A DNA stretch of 63,670 nucleotides, filler included, from Bigelowiella natans CCMP2755 (taxonomy: Eukaryota > Protista > Cercozoa), in assembly GCA_000320545.1 (NCBI GenBank). It is 4 parts of 4 records of this genome, joined end to end, with 100 filler letters (N's around TTAATTAATTAA, not from the genome) between each part and the next. Parts side by side here need not be neighbours in the genome. Positions count along the whole stretch, not along the records: positions 35,980 to 61,478 come from ADNK01000316.1; 3 more parts are not named here. One strand, given 5' to 3'. Each line of letters begins with the position of its first letter. The first letter of the stretch is position 1. This document shows, piece by piece, positions 44,617 to 56,209 of this stretch. Under the pieces are notes generated by a model. It was not told the origin of the DNA. It saw only the letters and a program-made list of their open reading frames with translations, and ran no database searches. The translations under genes and the position numbers were made by a program.

Positions 44617-47600
44617 ATGATAGGGCCCTATACCTTGAAGAGGTTCCTGGGCCAAGGATCGGCATCGGTACCATTGACAAACTATATTGTACACCATTTT
44701 TCCGCGGCAGCATTTGCTCGTTCGTAATATGTGCATCCGTCTAATCAGATGATCGAATTTTATCAGATTGTACAGCAGGCTGAACATAAAGATACAGGAC
44801 AAGAGGTTGCCATAAAGATCATAAAGAAGGGTAATGACCCCAAAAAGCGCCGGAAGTCAGTGAAGGCAGCTAGGGAAATAAGGTATTTCGTTGATTGCTC
44901 AAATGAGAATATTAGCTAAGAATTCTACTGAATTATCATTCTTATTACCAGTATCCTGCGCGCAATCGACCACCCCAATGTGGTTAAATTGCACCGAACC
45001 TTCGAGTCGCGGACGCACTTTTTCTTAGTTATGGAGTTGGTCAAGGGGATGGAACTCTTCGATTACCTAATCAATAAGGGAAAGCTAACCAGTTCAGAGG
45101 CCCTTGTCATATTCTCTCAGGTAGATTGAAATAGTCTCCTACCATGTCATGTCAATTCCCTTCCTTGATCATTAACAGCATTCGCCTCATTCATCGCTCA
45201 TACTTACCAGGTCGTGAAAGGTTTGATGGCATGCCACGAGAAAGGTGTGGTGCATCGAGATCTCAAGGCAGAAAACATCCTCTTGGACACCCAAGGTGAT
45301 AATTTAAGAATTGGAAACCAGTGATATCTGTAATGTTCCTGTAAAAGAAGAAATGTCCTATAAATGCAGCCTCAAACACAACTAATTATTTACGCAATCT
45401 ATTTGCACATGGAATTTCGATAATTTTGAACGAGTAGAAAATTATAGTGCTGGTTCATTGAATTTGCAGTGCGTTGAAGTCATTTCGATATCTCACCTCA
45501 GGAAATGTAAAGATCGTAGATTTTGAATTAGCGAATTTTGTCCGGACCAACCCTCTCAAAACCTTCTGCGGGAGCTCCTACTATGCACCCCCAGGTACGG
45601 AGGGGGAGAATAAACGACCTAACAATCTACAATAATAATCTCTGTCGACAGTAGGAGGCCCCGTCCTAGTGTTCTCACCTTTCCCTTTTCCTATTCTTGC
45701 AGAGATCTGCTCTGGGCAGATATACGATGGTGAAAAGGCAGACGTTTGGTCCATTGGCGTTCTCCTGTACATGATGATGGTCGGAGAATACCCGGTATGT
45801 AACCAGCCAAAACAACTCTTTCAGACAGACAGAATAGCAGTATGCTAGCGCATATATCACCTCATTCCACTTGTGAAAAAATTGCTACCTCATGTGAGCT
45901 TCTATCAAGCCGACTCGTTGATGGTGACTCGTCCACGCTTTGTATGAACAATCCACAGTTCGATGACGAGAACGACGCGAAGTTAATAAATAAGATTCTT
46001 CACAACAAAGTGTCGTACCCGGCCAACATTGACTCCAAGATACGCGATCTCATCGATCAGTTGCTGACGAAGGACCCTAAGCAGCGACTTCCATGCCACA
46101 GGGTGGGTTGGTTTGAGAACTGGAAATACGAAATATGGGGGGGGGGGAGGAGGGAAGGGTCTCTACCTTTATCATTTTAGAAGTCGAGTCCTTCCTGCGC
46201 TTGCTCACTACCAGTTTTCTCACCGCTGACTCTTTATCCTCAGATTCCACACCACCCCTGTTTCTACGTGGAGGGCCGCAACATGTATTTCGACATCTCG
46301 ACGCATCCTTCGAACCCGCAGAGCAGTAATTCGGACCGTAGGGTGGAGGTGCTGGAGAATCTTGTATTGGAACTTGAGAGGCAGCTGCTGCCCGAGGTAA
46401 TAAGAAGCACGTGGCGAAGCTGTGATTACGGGTGTGGGGCGGGGGGGGGGGGGGACCAGCAGTTTCACTCCAAGGAAGAATCGTGATGATGGTGATTATG
46501 GCCGCGGGGGGGGGTGGGTTAGGGAAGTAGGGAGGGAAGGAAGATTCGTGATGATGGCGTCTAGAAAGACATTCGGTAGTGCGGTACTTAACCTCGAACA
46601 TTTATGGATCCGCCATTTGCTGCATCATTCATTGCCACCGTAACCTTATCATTATTATCGTCTTTTTATTCAGATTCAGTCTTCGTTTGCAAATCTAGAT
46701 ATCACCTCCCACGGAAAGGCCGAGGGAGGAAGGGGAAATAGAGGAGACGGCGGGGTATCCAACGTGTCGTCATCAAGCGGCATGTCAAACGGTAGTACAC
46801 GATATGGCGAGGACGACGACATTACTGTACAACGATGATGCCAGATTCCCCCACAACAATTTCGTACACATATGGGCAATTTTGCTTATTGCGTTGTCGC
46901 TATTCTTGTCCCCTCCCCTCTATTTGTGTAGCCGCGCAGGACCCTCTGCAGGCCCTGGCTACGAACCCAGATTGGCAATATGTACTACTACTACAACTAC
47001 TACTACAACGAATGATATTGATGACAAGAAAAATAAATAATGATAATCGAGTTGGTAGTAAGGAAGATCGTACTATCGAAGTGTCAATATCAAACCATAG
47101 AAAAAGTAGTAGCCAACCTCGTCCAGTCCTCCTAAGAACGCACCGTTCCCTGTTCTCTCCTCTATTCAGGTCCCGCACTCTGGAAGCGGTGGCAGCATCA
47201 ACACCAACCGCGCGAGCAGTGATGATGAAAAATGTCAATCCACTGTAGGAACCGGAGAAGCGGCTGCAGCCTCGACAACCACGACGACCACGAGGGATAC
47301 GGCAACGACTACAAATACGGCAGCGGCGGGAATAGGAGGAGGGGGAGGAGGAGCAACCTCGTCTCGTGATGCTGGTGCAATGGAGGAGGAGGAAGAGAAC
47401 AACAATGCCACGCAGGTGCGGCAAAGACAGCAGATACACAAGCGGACTGGGCAAGACCCAGCCGCGACGTCGTCCTCTTCCTCGTCATCGCAGCAGTCGT
47501 CAAGCCCTAAACACCCCGCCGCCACCGCCACCGCCACCCCCAACATGGACGGCGGAAGCGAAGATCCATTGTGGTGGATCATGTACAGATCGCAGCTTGA

Positions 47601-48321
47601 CATGAAGGGTTCGAACCAGGACCCCATCGACGTGATTAAGAAGATAGCGCGCAACTCCCTTCACAAGAACCGCAGCCTCGGCATCGGCGGGATGCTCTAC
47701 TGCGATCGGAAGACGGGGCGGATCATCCAGATCCTAGAGGGACGGCGGTCCGTGCTGAAGCAACTGGCGGCGGCCATCATGATGGACCAGCGCCACACAC
47801 GGTTCATGATCATCAAGAACGAGCCCGTCCCTCAGCGTAGGTTCAAGGACTGGGGCATGTCGTTTGCAAACACGCTGTCCTCCTTCCAGCGTCACCGTAT
47901 GGATAATGGCAATCGGCAGGACCAGAATAGTAGTAACAGTAGCAGTAGTAACACTACCAGTAGTAATAGTAGTAGTAGAAGTAGTAGTAGCAGCAGCAGT
48001 ATCTCTCCCTCGTCGGTACCTTCCTCAAAAACCACCCCTCCGGAAAGAATATCGACCCTTGGGGGAGGAGGAGGAGGAGGAGGAGGAGGGAGAGGACAAC
48101 GGGAGCGTAAGGGCTGTGGTGTAGTGCCGCCGGTCATTCCCGAAGTGAGCAGCAGCTCCTCATGCAATCCCAGCAGCTGGGAACACCTCCAGCAGCAGCA
48201 ACAGCAGCAGGTCCCCAGTATAGCATCGATTGCTGGATTTAGTAACTTGGGTATGGCTGCTGCTGTAGGTGGGGGGGGCGATAGCGGGGAAGGACGGATG
48301 GCGAAGAGAACAAAGACATGA
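44617..48321 (+). CDS. CAMK-group (AMPK/SNF1/MARK-like) Ser/Thr kinase with a C-terminal BLUF blue-light sensor domain
   Basis: Exons 44617-44667, 44767-44882, 44952-45120, 45211-45295, 45502-45594, 45703-45794, 45959-46102, 46244-46396, (46674-46826, 46940-46981) and 47170-48321. Kinase motifs: [54 protein letters not shown] at 47569-47865: [38 protein letters not shown]. Confidence 0.88.
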
Positions 48322-49590
48322 GGATGTGAGATGACACTGACAACGATACTGGCGGTGGTATTGCTGTTGTTGTTGTCGTTAAAGACTTATAGAGTATAAT
48401 TCAGCTGTGCTATATGTATCGTTCGATGTGTTTGTTATCACTGTAAAAATGATGAAAGTCATGTGGAATCTAAGCAGTAGCAGGGCAGGTAAGTGACAGT
48501 AATTAGTTTTGTATTAATAGTCGGAGAAGTGCCAATCAAGCCTCATTTTGGTCAGCCTTCGAAAGAACCCTCGCGTCATCCTTAAGTCGATTTCGCGCCT
48601 CAGTGGAATATTTGCATACATGCTATCGTATCCTGCAACATCTATGTAACATATCTGATTATAATTATATAATGATGAATTTCATGCACTAGTGCATTAT
48701 ACAGCAGCTGTGTTTATGTCTATGACTAGATATGCTGCTGAGACTTGAGGTGTCACTCACATAGCTAGATGGCACACGTGTACACGTCTAGCTAGCTAGA
48801 CGTATGGCGCGGCGCGCACCGGCGCATTCACATCTGTAGCTAATGTCTATTATATATACTATTCTTGTATTGGCGATAACTATGATATATTCGTCACAAT
48901 ACGCACACGCTCCTGAACTCCTGATCGAATGATATCCATAATGTACATATAACGATAAAGTTTAGGCATCGCAGTACATAATAATAAAATTTTACTTTGA
49001 TCTGCGGGCTGCTGTAAGATGTAATCAATCAATCACATTTGTTCAATGGTCATCCTAATGTAGCTGTGCAATGCAGCGGCTACTTACAGCCTAGCAGCGC
49101 TATATAATGTTGCATCTGTCTAGCTGTCGGTCTCCGCTACGTGTTTCATGCAATCAAATGCGTGTTGTTTCGATCGGTCTCGAATATCGCTGCTGTGTGT
49201 CTAGCTAGCTAGACATGTGGGATGGGACGTAATGAACAAAATAAAAGTTCCAATAGCTAGCTAGTGGACGTCTAGATACATGCACGCTGTTGCCCCAACG
49301 ATCGAAGCCGTTGAACACACATTGTACACGCATTACGCTGCAAGAGGCGCATGCCTAGATGCATCGTTGTACGTGTATGCCGCTTTTGAATTATTGTCAG
49401 AGGTTTATGTTTATACCACATTCGTATGCCGTCTACTTCTTTCTAGACACAAAGCAGCGAGGCATCATGCCGTTTCCTGCTGCTGTAGTATCGCCTGTCG
49501 CTAACATATCTAGGCGTGGGCATCGATCACTCCTAGTTAGTTTGCTATAGTTAATAGCGAGCTTTCACGCTTCTATGATTTTCTCAGCTA

Positions 49591-50043
49591 TTAAACAAAA
49601 GATTGGCGGTTGAAATCTGTCACACCCATTTTCTTCAGTCCAATTTTTTCAGTCGCAGCTTCAATGAAATTTTCATACCCCTTTTTCTCACAGTACTCAC
49701 CCTCTGCTTTTGTGATCCCCATTGCAAAGATAAACCGAAACTTTCCGTGGCAATCTTCTATCGTCTGGTCCCACACACCAGATTCCTTATTTGGACGCAC
49801 CATGGCCCATCCTGTCAAGCTGCTGCTGCATCATCTGGGGATATGCTTCGTGGTGCCATCACCCATTGTTTGTTGGAGCTGGCATCGGGTGCAATTGTAA
49901 ATGGCATGTCTGGGAACTTAAGTTTCAGGCCGATAAACCTAATGAGCATTTGCATGGGCCAGCTTGGAAATTCCTTCGTCTTCGATTCCCTATTTCAACA
50001 TATTTAAAGTTTTTCTGGTACATACCACAAACTACACACACAC

Positions 50044-50090
<47 letters not shown>

Positions 50091-50521
50091 TGAATAGCAT
50101 GCACACTTAGACAACCTTCCAAAATCGACCTCACATCCCTCTTTATACACATTCATACATTCTTGTACATATGTTAATAAAAATGTAGAAGCACAAACCT
50201 TTGTTCCTCCGTTTTTTGTATGCGGAAGACAATCTCCTCCCCAATCTTGCGATCCTGCTTTGGAATGCCATCTGCAGCTTCGACGAGATGCACGAAATTT
50301 GCGAGGCCCAACGTGGCATACACCCACTCATCCGGAAGCGCATCCAAAATGCGGACGGCCACTGTGCACGTATTACCCCCAACCTCCTGTACAGAACACA
50401 TAGCCGAGTTTCGATACATACATTCCATCATCTGGGTCGGGAAGTTGTCGTGGAAGAACTTCATATACGGCGAGTCAAATCGGTAGGCCGTCGCACCAAC
50501 CATCTTCTCTGCGTCTATCAT
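49591..50521 (-). CDS. Suppressor-of-fused (SUFU)-like single-domain protein with an apparent 1-nt frameshift near 49830
   Basis: WVYATLGL, GEEIVFR|..FPSWPMQML, LTGWAMV, GKFRFIFAMGITKAE and VTDFNRQSF resemble the SUFU domain consensus. Intron at 49990-50198. Confidence 0.65.
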
Positions 50522-51092
50522 TCATCACAATGTCAGAGGGGGGTTCAAAAATTTCCTCGTGGGTGCGAATACCCTCCTCAGCACCACTCGGTCCTGCTCT
50601 CTGGCGAGTCTCTTTGTCTTCGTTTTTTCGCTCCTGGTCCGCCCCTGAAGATGGGGGGGGGGGCGTGAGGGGTCAGTTACAACTTGCCAGCTGGCGGATT
50701 GAAAATTTTCGCACCTTTCAAGCGCTGACTAATAGGCCTATCGCTATCGTCCTCCTGGGCTTGACCCTTACGCTTGCGTTTGCCAGAGCTCATTTTCGGG
50801 GTCGGGTCTGCTGATGTGTGCCTCGACTGATGTACCCGTTGTCTGAAAGTCTGAAATGTATGCCTAAAATATCGTAGTAAAGGCTATACATATATTTTGG
50901 TGTTTTATTTTCCCCCCCAGGAACCTTTGCTCCAATGGTGAGGCGATCCTAGATTAGTCGATATCGGCTGGTTGTTTTTTTAACAGAATTTTTACCTCAT
51001 TTTCCTTCACAAGCTCTCAGGAGCACAGGACGTTGGAACCCACTCGCAGCGCCGATGGGATACGCACCAGCCATAGACTTGTGATTTAGGAT

Positions 51093-53363
51093 ATGAGGAA
51101 GCATGGGGGGGCGGGAAGGTCGTCGAAGAAACCGCAAAAGGAGCTATGGACGCAACTGCGGCGGTTCCTGGGCTCAGGGAATCGCTCAAAACGCACATCC
51201 GCGGGTACGACGGGGCGACAATCGTCGAATTTAGAGATACATATTTTTGAGAGTATAGGGATGAGCTTGCTGTGCTTGTGTTGGGCATGGTTGTAGACGG
51301 TAGCGGGCAATTCACCCCAAAAAATAAAAAAAGTTAGCGCTGCAGAGGCCACCAATAACCACCAAACACTTGAAATTGTGACCGATCGTAGTTCGTCGCG
51401 GAAATCCGTTGATCGTTTATAATATCATTTATGCGTCTTAGCGAATCGCGTACGCGGGCTTTTGACGACGGGCCATGTTGGTGCTCCAGCTGGGCCGCAG
51501 CAGGAACGACAATGGCTCACGAGCTCTGAAGTCGATAAGAAGACGCGGGAGCTAGTGCTCTCAACGCTAAATGACCCGGGGGCACTCGAGACCGCTACTT
51601 CGTCAGGATTTGACTTATTTCATCATGCGGCACTGATTCTCGGGACGCTCGCGTCGCAAGCTGGAAGGACGGAGAGCTTTCTCGCCTACTTCTCCTTGCT
51701 TCCGGCAACGATCGAGCAGAAGCTGTCTAAGTTTTGGCTGGTCACAGGGATCGACGTATTGATATCTGCAGTTCACCACGCCGACACCGCCACGCTCGCA
51801 GCGTTAATGAAGATGACAACACGGGAAGATCCACCGAAGCCGTTGTTTGGAAGCGTCCTCGACAGGCTTGCGGAGCTGCTGAATCATAGTCTTGGCATGA
51901 TCGTGGTGATTAAGCTTGCTAGAGTGTTGATGGTGCTCCAGAAAAAGGCCCCAAGGGGAGCGTTCCCACCACACCACCTGAAGAATACGCTTGATATTCT
52001 CATGGGGTGAGTTGAATAATACATAATTAAACGCTCGGAATCCCGGGAAGATAACAAATTTGGGATAATAACATCCGAGAGGCTTGCTATTACTATTTGG
52101 GAACACACCCCATGATCACCATAGTCATCATCACCATTCGTCACTACTGCAACTATATATTCTCTTACTCACCACACCTCTTTCCTCTCAAAACCAGGTG
52201 GTCGTTGGACCCTGAGACTTACGACGACTCACGTGATCAGCTTCTAACGGCTGTATCTGGGCTCATCCGAAGAGGGCGGGAGCCTGGCTTTTCTGTTTTG
52301 CTTCTGGAGAAACTCGCTGCAAGAATGACTGCGACGACGACGACGACGGCGACGACGACGCCATCGAAAGCAGCAAATGGCGACAGCAACGATGAGAGCG
52401 AACTCCATGAAGAGGGACAGGAAAACGTGAGCAGGGCCTCGGCCGTCAAGAATGCAAGCGACGATACACTGTTCCATGACTTTCCCTTCGGAGTGACGTT
52501 TTCGCTCACACTCGTCGCGGCAGCTGTTGCGGTGAGAAACCGGCAATAACGACGATGACGACGACGACGATGATGATATATGCATGATGATCTTGTCCTT
52601 TTTAAAATGTACCGAGGTTGCAGAGAGAAGGGTAGGGGAGATGGCGCCATCGATCGATGGTGGGATTCGCTATCTATCGCTGCGGTGACTGCTATGCTTC
52701 CTTTGATTTATTCCTGCAATGTTCTCCACCGATTTTCGCAGCGCGGCCTGTTAGGCAGCATTGAGGACTCTCTCAAAGAAGACGATGAGGAGTGCATTAC
52801 CGGTGGAGCATCGTCCCACCTCCCAACGGCTGCATCCATCGACGAAACGATGGGAAGCCTGATTGGGGTATGATGAATTGTGCGCAATATTATAACCGTT
52901 ATATGGCTACTGCTACTACTACTACTACTACTACTACTACTATACGACGACTACTACTACTCCCCTATCACTTGGTGGAACATGCACCCTGTTCTTGCCA
53001 TCGTGCGCACCGATGAACATCATATGGGTGCGGGGCCTTCGATCGCTCCCGCCCTCCATCCCCTTTGTTTACCAAACGCCGTCTGGTTGTAGCTTACACA
53101 AAGACTCGACCCTTTCCTCCTTGCTGCCCTCCCCTGGCACAGGCCTATTTGGCGACAGTGAATGCCGGAATGAAACGTCGTTCACAAGCCGAGCGCTCGG
53201 GCATGATCGCGTGGTTCGATGCCGCGACCGCGACGATAGAGCGCCTGATTAAGGTGGGACGGTAGGAGCTGTTTATGGTGTTTTTGATCTTTTTTGTTTG
53301 GGATCATAAGCAGAACTGCTTTGGAGCTGATATATTGAAATTTACTGTGTATAAATATGTATC

Positions 53364-53407
<44 letters not shown>

Positions 53408-53440
53408 GCATGCATGGGTGGGTGTAATCTCCCCTCATGA

Positions 53441-53479
<39 letters not shown>

Positions 53480-53495
53480 AATATATGAATATGTA

Positions 53496-53529
<34 letters not shown>

Positions 53530-56154
53530 CTCATACCTTCCCGCGTCTGCTAGCAGATCCGATATCTGGCGCCGTCACCACCATCATCGACGTCGTCGAT
53601 GGGGGTGCTTAAGTTCCTGAGGCGGTCAATGGAGTATTTGCAGCCATCGTTTGCCTTTTCAGCCACTCTAAGCTGCCTAAGATGTCTTGAGAACCATCTT
53701 ACAGCTCTCGACGAATTCTATCAAAGACGCTGCGAAGGAGGCAGCAGTGACCGCAAGATGAGAGGAACGGAGGGAGGGGGGACCGGGTATGCTCTTGCGG
53801 GATCCTCATCATTCCCCTCCTCCATCCACGAGTGGCCATCGTTGAGGCTGCTCTGTAGAAACAGCCATAAGTAAGTTGTATTCAGTAGCACCAGCAAATA
53901 GTAGCAGCAAATAGTAGCAGCAAAATCGCCGTTACCACAACTAACGCCGAGATTACCCTTTTTCCTTGTTCTCCTCTGCCTCCTTACCGCCCCCCCTCCT
54001 CCTACTAACACTCTTACATCGACAGTAACCGTAACAGCAACTTCTACTACCACTTGTTCTCAGGTTCCCTGCCCCCATCCGCGGGTGTTTGTTGAGGATC
54101 CACCGAGTGCTGCTGCTGCGACGATTTCCCTTTATTATGGCGCCGGATTTGGGCGACGCGTGCTTCGATTCGCTTTTGGCTCTGTTGGCCGATTCCAACA
54201 CCACCACCAGCAGCAGCAGCCACGAGATCATCAGGTTCGTACTCGATGTATTTCTTGAAGACCATGCCGACAAGAATAAGGAGGAGAAGAAAAATAAGGG
54301 CGATGGAAGGCGGTTGGGAGGCTCGAGGACGACGGCGAAGGGGGAAAGGCCGTTGTCCACGCTCATTCACAGCGATGAGCGCGTGCAGAAGTGTGTCGCG
54401 ACACTGCTGTCGGAAATCATCATCCCCCGCCTGCTCACCCCAACCACTCCGCACAAGCAGAAGAGTACACGGGAGAGGGGGGTGGGGGAGGGAACGGGGA
54501 AACGTCACGCAGAGGAGCAGGACGATGAGGAAAAAGGTTGCGACGATGCGAATATCCCCTCTCTAATCACGGAAAACACTAGAGCAAGGAGGCAGCAGGG
54601 TGCTGGTGCTGGTGCTCCCTGCATCCCTTATGCGACCTGGCTCAAAGCCTTGCGCCTCGTACGTGAATTGACGGCATCATCATCATCATCATTATCATCA
54701 TCATCATCATCATCATCATCCAAGCGTGGCGAAGATCGACTGCACAAGAGGTGGCCGTCATCATCACCATTCGGTTCGGCATCATCACAACCGAGCCCGA
54801 CAGCATCGACGACTGCCAACAACCCTAGCAACAGACCTCCCCTCCCCCCCTCCCCTCTCTCCTTGGCGATGGCATTGGTCCTTCTGGCCTCCTCTCAGTC
54901 TTCGTTTTCTCTCGCTCCTCCTCCTCCTCCTCCTCCTCCTCCTCCTCCTTCTTTTCCCTCTCCACAACAAAAGCCCTCACATCGCCGTCGACGACGCTGT
55001 CATCACCCGGCATTCGTGGAGAGGACACAAGGCCTCGTGCTCGCAATGGACTGGGCGCGCGAATGCCTCTCCCGTCGCCTTCCTCTCTCTTTCTCTGAAA
55101 ATGTGACGGGGAAAAGAGAACGAGGCGAAGGCGCAATGCTGCTGTTCGGGTGCTACTATATGATTATTGCGGATCTCTCCTCCTCCTCTTCCCCCTCCTC
55201 ATCACCCTCACCCCACTCATCGCCGTCGATATGCCATCATCCTTCCGCGGAAGTGCGGCGCGGGGCCGCAGCCCTTCTTCACGCCCTTGCGCTCAGACTG
55301 GACTATGGTGATGTTGGCGATGATGATAACGAGGACGATAACAGTCTCGGAGTGTGGGACAAAGATGACGAGGTCAAGAACAGCGGAGGGACGATGAGGA
55401 GGAGGAGGAGGAGATGGACACAGTGTCTGGACGCACACTCATCATCTTCATCATCATCATCATCTTCATCATCATCATCATTAGCTATCTCCCCTCTGCA
55501 GAGACAGCAGCAAAAGCAGCTGTTAACATGGGCGAGGCTGCTCGTCTCGCACGCGGCCCTCTCCCGCTCCCACGACACGGCAGGCGGTGGTATGCAACTC
55601 AATCGGACCTGGCAGCTTTTCTCTCATCTTTTGCCGAGCGAGCCTCTCCACGTCGCCTCGGCGTGGCAAAAGGGACTGGAAGTTGTTAGAGAGGCCTTCA
55701 GGCAAACCGCAGCGAAGAGCCGCCTCAGTGCGTCTTCTACCACCATCGGAGTTGATGGCGTTTATACTCCAAGTTCCACAGCAGCAGCAGCAGCAGCATT
55801 GCGAGGACTCGGCGGCGAATGGTGGATATTCTGGCTTCTGCAGGCAACGGGGGCGGAAGTACAGCTGTGCGGAAAAATGGCACGTTGCTTGAAGGAGGCG
55901 CGAGGTACTGTGTCTGTGTTGAATCTGAAAGTAGAGGAAGAGGAAGAGGAGGAGGAGGAGGAGGGAGAAATAACACTTATATTTAAGCTGGTTTTCTTCT
56001 GTAGCTATGTAGGGATATGGATATTACTATTACCATTATTATCATCATCATGTGATAAGCTATAACAACTTTTTCTACTACTACACAACATCTTATTCAG
56101 GCGAACGATCGATTGTGTCAGAGGTGCTTGCACGGCCTCTCGCCCTTACCTTCA

Positions 56155-56209
<55 letters not shown>

